A stretch of 64,000 nucleotides of DNA, from the NCBI GenBank assembly GCA_963924565.1, contig OZ004613.1, positions 10,788,001-10,852,000 of the forward strand, written 5' to 3'. The DNA comes from Ascidiella aspersa (lineage: Eukaryota). The position numbers were made by a program, and so were the translations under genes. The notes below the pieces were generated by a model. That model was given only the letters and a program-made list of their open reading frames with translations, was not told the DNA's origin and searched no databases. Below are positions 50,301 to 62,300 of the stretch, one piece after another. The stretch's first letter is position 1. Every line of letters starts with the position of its first letter.

Positions 50301-53300
50301 TCCGAAATGTGTTTTGTTCTGACGTTGATGTTGTTCTTGTTTTGAAATCCCTGAAAAGGTAATGTAAAACGCGGTTGAATCATTTTAATCTACGTCTCAA
50401 TGAGTCATATCCGTCGTGCCTCGCTGTTTCAGTTTATTCGGGCTGTACATTTCATTATATTCTATAGCGATATATTCTATATGAACAAGTTGTGTACGCT
50501 TAGAGTGCAATAAATCCAGAACAATTGTCCAATACATAGCATACAGTTCATGCGTGTTGTGTGAATTTCGCTTGTTTTGTGACACTACACTAAAGCACCT
50601 GTTGAAAACGCTCGTGGTGCACCACCATATCCATAAGGGTGCCGTAAGCGTGGTTGGCACCAACGTCCTTACGCTGATAAAATACAAGACACACAAAGTT
50701 CCACTCAACTTTTATTTACCAACACACATGCCCCATTGAGTGTTATTCGCCAGGTTTAGGGCTTGTTCTAAAACAGTTAGGAACAGTTTTGTCGTATATA
50801 TTTTTGCGCATTTGATTATATAATATCGTTGTTGCTAATACTATGATGTTGTTAAATAGTTAACGCCACAACAATCAAATTAGTAAATTTACCGATCAAA
50901 TGTAAGGTTTTCGGTTTGTTATGCAAAAAATTGTTTTACGGTAAAAGACAGTCTTACTTTCCTCCGTCGATCATTTAATTTGAAAAAAATTGCTTTTCGA
51001 GGCATAAAGTGTTGCGTTAGATTGTATACCGTAATAGCTTAAATGCATAAACTAATTTAAAATCGGATCGGCACCGATACAACACTATAGTATCGGATGA
51101 GTAGCCATCTTACATCTTAAAATCAGGTATCGTATCCGATCCGATATTATCGAACACCCCTAACTGACTGGGGCTACATCAGTGGTTTAAACCGAGGTGC
51201 CGCGGCACTCTTAGAGTGCCAGTTTTAACGCTCAAGGGCTTCGAGAGATATTTCAAATTCTTTAGGAGTTAAGAATTTTGCTCTATTGGTAAGCTTCTTT
51301 TATTTGTGTAAAATAAAAGTGCCAAAAGGTAAAAATTTCAACCTTGTTGCACAGTTAATGTGCTGTTTCCATCTCGATAAATGTAGCGTTACAGTTAACC
51401 ACTCAGCAAAAATACAACAGGTGTGCCGCAAACGTTTTATAATTTATGTAGGGTGCCGCAAGCCAAAAAAGATTGCGAAACACTGGGTTACATACACTTC
51501 AGATTAAGAACTTCTGCTACAATCTAACTAAACAACAACTTTTTTATCTTTCCAGATCCCGTCAGATGCGGACCTCGGCCCCGGTGAAGAGGATCAGCCT
51601 CCCTGCCTCCGCTCTTCCACCAGGACTTCGGGAGGACTCGCGGACCCCACCTCCTCCTGCCGGGAGCTGGTCACGTGATCGGCAGGCCGACACCTCATTG
51701 GACAGAATTTCAAACGCGAGTGGGAACGGCTACCCACCAAGGTGAGTGATTTATGGGAAGATGGATTTTTTTTTACAAAATATACCAGGAAAACATCATC
51801 CAAAAAAATCTCTTTCCAATTTTGTTTTTAAATATGGATTGAACTGATCTTCTTGAACTTTTATTGAGTTGTTAATAAAAAAGTGACGTTTTTAGCTAGC
51901 GTTGTTTCAAAATTACCATGCATACTCTTGACCAAACTTATGTGACCCACCGAATCATTTAGACCTGGAAAGAGTAAATCTAGTTGTAAATATACTCCTA
52001 AGAAAGAAATAACATAAAAATCCAAGCTGGCGTCGTGACACAGTTGAGTAGGTATAACCAACGCATTGTTTTCTCTGTATGACTCACCAATCCACATGAA
52101 ACGCCTGAAAAATTTGAATCTAGTTGTAAATAAAATATACTTCTAAACAAAAAGCATTAGGAAATCCAAGCTGGTGTTGTGTCATAGTTCAGTAATTATA
52201 ACCAACGCATTGTTTTCTTTGCTCAGGGGCTACAGCAAGTCAATCAACTCGATCGAGTCGAACAACTCGTCATCTAACGCTCGCTACTCGTCTTCGTCAA
52301 ACTCGAGTCGCTTCACGCCAGCGGAAAGATCACGTCAGTCGAGTCTCTTGCGAGGAGGTAAAGAAATATTCATAATTTTCTTCTAAAATCGTTGTTTACC
52401 TGTTCCTGCACTTAATGTTTTTTATACCGTACTCGATTAACTGGCAAATCGGGAAAATCCAACTTTTCGTAACTCGGTCGATTTGTTTATCTACAACTAC
52501 GTGTAGATGAATTTGCCGGAAGTGTCGTAACATACAACATACCACGGTTTAAAAAAAAGTTGTATTCACTGTCAAGTGTAGTTGTGTAGCGTAGCAATTG
52601 ATAAAAAAGTATATAAATTTGACTCAGACTTATCGCACTGTTTTGGACGGCATGCTTTTTGCTCACATAGCAACTCTTCGGATTACACTAGAAACGCTTT
52701 ACCATCTCTAATTTGACCATTGATTGTTTAGAAACCCAAAAAACGGTAACATTACTTCTGTTTACCAAAAAAGTGTTGTCTAATGTGTGTCTAATCTAAC
52801 CTTTTGTCGTGCCCCAAACTTAGCTCTACCAGCTTGCCACTGTAAACTCGGTATCATCTGAAATACTTTAAATGTTTTACCCGCAATTTAGGATTCCTTT
52901 CATTTCACAACGAAATTTTCACTTTTGTTCCAGGAGGAGCCGACTCTCCTCTCATCTCCTCTTCTCTCCACGAGGAACCTGCGAGTCCGATCAACCTCCT
53001 CAACCTTCCACCACCACCAGCCGAACCCTACCTCCCAAAGTGAGTCCTCGTCTGCTTTATTTGAATAACTGAATAACTCTATCCAGTTGTCAAATTCGAC
53101 GAATTAGGGCGATATGTTCAATTTTAGAATTGGATTTAAATTGTGAAATTTGTGTGCTTACAATTTACTTAAAACTTGTTTTACATTTTTCGGAAACCGA
53201 TCTTTTCTTAAACTGAATTAAGCACCGGGCGTTTTGTTCTAACTTTACATACGAGCCTTTGTCATTGCCGAGTTTTTCATAAGTTATTACAACTCATTTT

Positions 53301-56300
53301 TTTATTGAACTTGAATTGAGAACATGAAAAATGACACTGCATGACACTGCATGGTCTTCATACAATTTTGGATATAGAACTAAAAACCTTACTGCAAATA
53401 CAGACGACCGATGTAAATAACAGTGAACCACAGTTACACGTGTTTTTTCAGGGGCGACCCCAGCAAGTTGATGGTGGACCGGCACGACGCCACCAAGCGG
53501 TCACAGTCGCCCAACTCGATGCTGGACACCGAACACCAGAGGCGCCACACAGTCATCGGCGACTCGATGGCAGACGAGGCTTGGTGAGTGGAGATAAGCA
53601 AGTTCCTGTTATTTTAGCTTGGCGCTTTGTTCGAACGACACGTTTTAAAGGCGATTTAAAAAAACCAACCACTTTTGCTACATGTCCGCATAGTTGCTCT
53701 TGCTGGTTTTAAATAGGTGTTGAGTTTATTTTTGTTTGGTTCTCAGCTGATGTCGGTTGATTTTGTTTCATCTTTAATGCTGTCAGATTTTAGAAAAGGG
53801 TTTAAAGAGGATTGTTGGGCGCTTTGTTTAAATGACACGTTTTAAAGGTGATTTGATAAAAAAACCAAGGACCTGTGCAACATGTTCGCATATTTGTTCT
53901 TCCGGGTTTTGTGCAGATATTTTTTTTTATTTTTTTTTTTGCAGATAGGTTTGTTTTGTTTGCTTCATGCCAGCTGATAAACTAGATTTGGCAAATTAGG
54001 GATTGTTTGGTTTGCATTTCAATGCTCATAAAGCTTTGTGCAGCGAGCCCGTCGTTCTGGACATACTGTACTTTGATGTGTTTATTTAAGTTGCACAATC
54101 TTTTATACGATTGCTGAGTTAATACATTTGGTCGGCAATTTTTTTTGTTTCAGTTTAGACTTGGGGTATGACGTGTAAAGATCTATGCCTTGTTTCAAGG
54201 TTAGTCCTATTGTTACGGCAAGCGTGAGCAAACAATTTATGGTCAGGTTTTTTCTTAGAATTTTAATTATTTGAGGACAAAGTCTTTTCAAGGTGCTAGA
54301 TTGAAATCTGCCACGAAAATGCGAAAAAAAAGAAATAAATTATCAAACGATTTTTAAGTGACCGCAAAGTTTCACATGTTAAAGCTTCATAATTTTTCAG
54401 CAAAAACGCGAATTCGCTATAACCAGTGTTTAGTTATCACAACGCTTTGACCAAAACTATGACTAAATGCTGTGCATGTGCGTAAAGGCACGACGTGCAA
54501 TTTAGCCATTTTTGCTTTACAACTTTTTATTTTAGTCAATTTACCGAAATAGCACAAATTCGTGCTATGTTTAGCAGCCAATTCAATGCATTATTTGTGT
54601 ATGATAGTTCTTACAATACAGCTTTCATGTGAGTTTTATTATACGGAAAAATTTCAGCAACAAACAATATTATTGTGCACCAGAATGTGCCCATAAATAT
54701 ATGAATCCTTTTGTGGGCCACAAACTACCAGAAAAAAAAATCAGAACAAAATGACTCTATATGACAGCAACTCAAGAGTTTTAGGTAAAAGTCAAACAAG
54801 TAGATGTTCGTTTAAAGGACAATATATCTCAAGTGCTGTTATACCTCACTTATTTCGAAAAGATTCGTTTGAAACTCTAGGTTTTACTTTTTGTATTTTT
54901 TGACCTAGAGAAACGGGAATCGAAACCTAAACCCTACTAACAAGCTTACGTTATCAACAAAAGCCACGTCAAATATATCGTTTCGACAAACAAATAAATC
55001 TCTAAATTTGAAAACCGGAGTAAACTACAGAATGAGACTTATGTTAAATGAATACACTCCACACTGTTGCTACCGGGCATAATATTAATCATAAAACAGT
55101 TCCTCTTGTAATTGTAATTGTTAGTCAACGTTTCGACAACCTATTTAAAGTCGCCTTCTTCAGGTTAACGACATCGAACACTCGTAACACAAAAGGAATG
55201 TGTATTTTGCCTAAAACGGCATCTTCAGTTCCTGTAATTACAACACGGAAAAGTTATTGGCAACAGTTACTTTGCCAATGTACGCCCGCATAACCTATTC
55301 TCTACGGTCGCTTCTCGGCCTTTTGAAAATACCAACGACTTTTAGCAAGTCAGCCTCGTTGATCTTGCGGGTTTTGTTTAGATATTAGGTTTGTCTTTGG
55401 TTTGTTTTGTGTCAACTGGTAGTGGTTGTTTTGCTTTCATCTGAAAATGCTGTCAGATTTTAGTACAGGGTATGAAATGGCTTGTTGGGTGCTTACCGTG
55501 CTTTGGTAAAATGACACGTTTAAAAGGCGATTTTAAAATAACCATATGGCGATTTTAAAAAATTACCTAACGCGATCGGCGCGAATCGAGACGCCCATTG
55601 TTTCGTCATAACCGCGCTTTGCCCAGGCATTCGAGCGCAGTTGAGTAAGAGCACAGCGGAAGTCACCCGTGAGTTAGCGTTTCCCACAGGGCTGCCTGCC
55701 ACGCCGACTCCGCTTCTTTCTGTTTCTGCAGCAGGTGTGTCGAGCCGGGAGAGCCTATGCCGTTTGCCTGTCGCTCTTAAGTCTGTTAAAAGTTGTGGCT
55801 GTGATCTTTCGGAGCCTTTAAACTGAAAAAGCGACGGTGCGACTTTGGGATGTGCTCGACGCCGCACAATCAAACGAGTGCCTCTTGAAGAGTTCGTAAA
55901 CTGGGCTGTTTAGGTTCGATTGGTTTTAATCTTAGATACGAAATGTGTTGTACCAAAAATGGTTCAATACGCATTTTTATGTTAATTTTTAGATATATAT
56001 AGTTGCCTGACAGTCTTCTATCGTAGAGCAATCTTTGGAAACCTGGACAGAACTTGATAATGAATTGCAAAGCCACAAAGGTCGATTAGATGGACATCAG
56101 GTCGATTAGCTCGACCTTATTGGGTTTGCAATTCATATTCAAGCTGCATTACAGATCCGTGCATAGTATACTTAACCTAAGTATATTGGACAGAACTGTT
56201 TTCGTTAGTAACTCGTGTTATTGATACCAACTCCAGCTCTATGAGCAAACGGTCTTTTCGCTTTCCATGTGCTATTTTTCTTTCGAAATAAGTTGCTATA

Positions 56301-59300
56301 TATCAATTGAATAGTGAATCTTTACCGGGAGTTGAATTTATAACAGTTGCGCCTCCTTCGGTTGTGTCATTACTTCCAAAAACAAGGTCTACGTTATCGC
56401 AAGTATAGCAAACCCAAAGAAGGGGTCACGGAATTTGGGCTTGGAAGAGGCGCATATCCTTTTTTGTGCCCCTATGACAGTGATTCCACTATACAAATGG
56501 GCCCCGGGCAAACTGCAGCGGCGGAACTAGTTCTGCTCTGTCTCTCTCTTTGTTGTTGGCGTTTGGTGACGATGAAATCATGCGATTGTGTCCTGTACCG
56601 GTGCGCTATTGCCTGTGCTCAGTGTGCTGCCTTGATACTGCTGCGGCACTGCTAAGTCGTACACTAGGCTATTTGTTTTTTCAATTTTATCGCGTCCCGG
56701 TCGAACTCCGACGGAAATGGATTCGACAGCTGGCGTTATACAGACCGCAGGTTCATTGAGTCACTCTGGCAAAACTGATAGAAGGTTAGATCTTTGCAGC
56801 GTAGGACACTTTGAGCTGAAATACTTCAGTAGTATTTTGTTAAGGCAGGTGCAAAAGCCGTTTGTTATATATTTTGATGCTGCAGTTTGTAGGCATCATT
56901 TTATCTAGGGTTCTCAACGGTGCAAAAAACCATGCGGAATTGTGTGTTATGTAAAATGGATATCAAAGCCCATACAGAAGTAGGTAGCATGTTTTGAACG
57001 TTTTAAATAACTATATATTTTTAACAAAACATGCTACCTATTTCTTTATGGGTTTTAATGTTCATTCTACATCCAACTACAACATTCAACTACTACGCTA
57101 AAATTTGTGTTTTGTTGTCTAAATATTGTTTTGTTAAACCTCTAAGTTAAATATGTGAAATCCGTTTAGCGGACGAGAATTTTACAAAGAGCGGCCGTTT
57201 ACCCGGTCAGTATACGAACAAATAACCTTCTCATAATGCACGCCCTATAGATCAAATCGAACTTTATTGTATGTTTTGTGGTTCAGCGTTGTATTAATTA
57301 CAATTTAAATGTTCTCATTGAATGCAAATTAGATGTTTAAAGGTATGATTGCGTCACATGCATACTGGTCGTACAGTGCCTCAGGAAGTTCTCAAGTGTA
57401 CCGCGGAACTTTTCTTATTTTGGGAACTAACCTAGATGCAAGCAAAGCGTACAAAACCTGGCTGCACACTACCAATTCAAAATTTACAAAAGGATTACAT
57501 TTTACAAGTGTATTAAAGGCGATTGTCAGGTTATAAAATTGTTGATCAGTAGGATGTGTGTCGCGAACGTTTGATTTACTTTTTTGAATGTGCCGCAAGC
57601 TGGAAAAAGGTCGAAGGCATATGTAAACCATTACTCAATGTTAATTTTTTCGAAACTTATTTTCTCTATAAACACTTGATTGGAAATCATTACTCTTAAA
57701 AGAAAAATAAGGTAGTCATTGTAAATGGCAAAACTTTCCGCTAGTTTCTTCAAAGATCGTCAGTGCTTATTCGGGTTGTACGTTGTTAATATAACTTTGA
57801 GTACTTACAAGGACTGGAAATGGTTTGATCTCAGTTCTCAAGTCTTATGTGTCTCGTCCCCCGTCACAGAATTTTAACTTTTCTTTCAACAAATAATTAA
57901 ATAGTTTTTTCAATAAATAATTAAAAAAACAATACGATTATGGAGCATAATGGCTGGAGGTTGTAGTAAGACGCAAAAAGAATACCAAAGCCCATACAGA
58001 AGTAGGTATCATTTTGACCGTTTCGAATAACTCTTTATTCATTTTCAACATAGAGAGAAGGTACCGATGGTAAGTGTTTACCGGATGGGCTTTGCTATTC
58101 TTATTACGTAATACGCTTATGGGTGACTGTTGACAAACCCTGGGTGAGATCAACAACCGAACGCTTACTAACTTACCACGACCCCCCACCAGTGTGTAGA
58201 ATTATAGTTTAAATTTCTTTCTCATTCTCTCTACCGGTATACTGCTTACGCGCCCTGCGTCACGTAAAAACGTGTTTACGTTACGCAGTGACGTACGCGG
58301 AAATGTGGGCGAGTTATTTCCTCGAAACCAAGCAGAGTTTGTCTATAGCGGCACTAGAGTCTTGTTTTAGTTTTATTGTTATTATTGCAATTGGTGTGGA
58401 TGTGTTTGGGCGGTTCAATGACTGCCTTGCTTTTCATTCACCACGCGTGAGGTAAAACCGGCACGTGTTCCACGACTTATCTTATCTTGTCGCTTGATAG
58501 ACCACAGGCGCTTTCATAAGATGGTGGTTGCTGTTTGGTAATTGTCAGACCTGCATTTTGCATTTGAAATAATTTCAGTTCTGTCTGTAAATACTGTGTG
58601 TGCGAATTTCTAACGTATCTAATTGCCCTTTTAGCGATGCTGTAACCTCCTTGCTACACATTTATAATAGCAAATGTTGGTTCGTTTTTCACATTTCCTG
58701 GAAAGTGTGCGATTGTTATCTGTTTTCAATAAGATTTCAGCAAAACTAACTAACGTACTTATTCCAAGATTAATTAAAAAAAAGGTTTAAACACAAATCT
58801 ATCGGAGTTGGTGTTTACTGTTTTCACCCGGATACAGTGTTGTAAACGAGTTGTTCTGAGCTGATTTCAACCTAACTTAAGTCATTTACGACAAAATAAC
58901 ATTAGTCCGAGTCAACAAGTGTTGAATTATTAGCAAGTTCAGTTCCAGTATAATTCATTGCAATAGCAGTAGTTTTCTTGATTGATTCTACACAATGTAA
59001 TATATAACATTGAAGCATATTGGTTGGAGGTTGTAGTAAGACGTAGTAAGAACATCAAACTCCATACAGAAGATGGTAGCTTTTTTGAACGTTTTGAATA
59101 TATCTTTATTCATTTTAAAGAGTTATTCGCAACGTTCAAAATGATACTTACTTCTGTATGGCCTTTAATATTCTTACTACGTTTTAGTATAACAAATATT
59201 GCAACTTATAACATCTACCAGAACTGCTTTTCTGTGTACAAAGTAGGAGGGGGAGGAATTTTATAAATAATGCAAATTTAGCTCAATGGTGTGTCGTACT

Positions 59301-62300
59301 TTCTCCTAACAATGTTATAAATAGAAAATACTAAAATCGGAACAACTATATCAGACATAGTGTTGTATGCATACCAACTGAAGAGAAAATTAGCTACCTA
59401 AAAAAATCGTTTTTTTAAAAAAGAAAAAGAATTATCATTTTATTAAAAATGCAAGTTTGTCTCTTTTTACGTTTACCTTTCATTTTATATAACGGTGTCT
59501 ATTTCATTCAGACCTAGGAAAAAACTCCTGTACATCAATCGCTTTTAACCACTTAGGTTCGAAGACTTGCTGCATCAAGTCAATAGAAGCTCAATAGCAC
59601 CTCCCGGTGGACGTCGCTCTCACGATCCCATCTCCTCCTCGGAGGACGTATTTCTCTCATCCGCCACTCCCCACTCCTCCGCCTCATCCATTGCTAGGCG
59701 ACAGCATCCGGCGAATGAGGACGCTGCTTCTCTTGCCAAGTGAGTAAGGATTTACCTGACTGCAGACTTGGACAACTAGACAATTCTTGTTTCCTAATTC
59801 AATGAAATAGAGCAAAATGTGGGTAATTCTAATGTAATTGTAATCTTATTCCAAGTTTACCAAAAATGCTACCTTGTCCAAATGCATTTTTAGTCACTCA
59901 GTATAAACAAAGAATTTTCGTTAATACCCTTTGATCGGAACTTGGAACGACTGTTTGGAACTTGCGATTTTTACAACCTGAAAAGCAAAATAGACCATGC
60001 TAAAACATATAAAAATTACCACACAAAAATGACCATTTACATTCTTTTGATTTTTGAAGAAATCCGCAATTGTAATTCTAATCAAATTTGAATAAACAAA
60101 AATTATTTAATTCTAATCTAATTTTAGAAAGCTAAAATAAATCTAGTTGCCCAAGTCTGCCTGAAGGTGACAAATTTAAAGAACAAACGACCAAGCCCGT
60201 CACATCAGTGCTTACATCCTCGATATACCACATCAGTGAAACCTCGATATATTACGTTTTTGTGCAGTTTCCCCAAATAGGTTTACCTGAGCCAGCTGGT
60301 CTACTTAAAACCGTGTTGTTATGGTTTGCACATTACCGTGCTCCAAATGACGTCATTCACACGTGATGCGTTATTCACAGGCTAACAATTGCGCTTCCCA
60401 AAGAGAGGTCATAGCGGTCAGCAATCGGTCCCTCTTTGGCGTTTTAAGCATGACTCTTTCCGGATTTACGTTTAATAATGAGGAAATTCCAGATGATATC
60501 ATAAAACGCATGGCAACGCCTGTCAAATGGTTTTAGCGACTGCTAGCAGCCTATGCGAGCTTTGCAAATTCTGAAATCCGTTGCAAAGATAAAGCCTTTA
60601 GTAGTAATGGGCTTGGAAGTAGAAATTCAGAGTATAACAATTCCTATTGCCTATCAAACCACACAAGGCAAGCGCTAGTCAAATGTCAATTAAGAAAAAT
60701 CAAAATCTGTAGTTTAAGTAACATTATGCAAATCAACCTAAATATTTTTTCATTCCAAGTGTAGCGTATTGAGCGTTTGTTTAATTACTTTAATGTTGAA
60801 ATTGGTGTAAAGAAAAACCTTGAAAAAACGCAAGAAATTTGTTAAGATCATCTATTTCGTGGCGCACTTTCCTTTATGTCCGTTTCATTGTTTGCGGTCT
60901 TTGATGCTCCTTTACTATAAACAGGAAAACGTGAGCTGATAAAAGTGGACCAATCTGAATTTAGTCTAATAGATTAGCATTGAGGAACCAGACACACATT
61001 GGTCTAACGGAAATATCTTTCCTGACTACTTCAATCGTAATACATTGAAGAAACCGTGGCTAATTAAATTTATAAAAAAACGCAAAAACGCCAAAATATT
61101 TTAAACCAAGCAGGCCCCTTCCCCACAACACACAAGATTGCAACTTCGGTGCATGTTAAATTGCCACAAACCTTTATTTAAATCATCGGTTATATACGTA
61201 TAGCACACAGCTATATCAACCTAATTATAAACCGATAAGGTACATTGTAAAATATGAAAGTGATGATTAGCGCGATGGCTTACACTTTTTGTTAACCACG
61301 CAAAATTGAGGTAGATTTCGCAAATTATCGCGTGTTTTCAACGGTAAAAACTGAACAACCCAATATGTTTTATTAAACTTAATTAATAAAGGATTTTCAT
61401 GATCTGGCAAACTGGTGGCGCAATTTAAAAAAACCAGGAGCAGTGGGTACGAATGCCGACCCAGGTATACGTTTTTCCGCTTGTCACTCAATTGCTGGTA
61501 TCAGTTACAGAAAGATACACACACATGTGTTCAACAACTGTAATCTAGCCCTTCAGAAGCTGTTTTTTTGCCATTTGTTCCCTTTTAATGTATGTCGTCA
61601 ATAGTTTGTCCACTCTAGAATTCAAACCTTATTTAACCGGGTCAACTGAAGTAATTTTTTTTAAGTTTCCGCAAACTATCTGGCACACTTGTCAAAAAAG
61701 GGGCTCGTTGGTTCGAATCCCGACCCAAACGTACAGTTTTTCGGCTTGTCATAACTCAGTTGCTTGTATCATTTAATCAAAGATGCATACGCATGTGTTC
61801 AGAAACTGTGATCTAGCCCTTCTGAAGCTGTTTTTTAACCAACTATTATGGTTTACGTATCTTTAGTACACCGAAAGCCATCGCAGGCTTGATGCATCAC
61901 TGATTGATAGATTCGGTGGGTCTGCGATGGCTTTTGGCGTCCCCAGTTGCTTAAATTGTTTACTTTATTGTTCACTAACAAGTATTACTAATAAATTGCG
62001 TTTTATTATTTAAAAATCGTTCTTAAAACTGCCATTTATTCCCTTTTTATTTTCCGAACATCTTCTACTCTAGCATTTAAATAAGCAATAAAACGAACTA
62101 TTTGTTCAGAGTCCAACAGCGACGCCGATCGCAGCCAGCGCGCCGTCCCCTGTCCATGCCCCCCAACTACTACAACCAAGTGAAACTCGACGACGCCACC
62201 CAGCGGCCGCGCGAGCAGCTGCGACCTTTGAACTCGCAGACCGGGTCACGTGCCACGCCCGGCAGCCAATCGAAACGCTCAGCCGAGGACTTGCGCCGAT

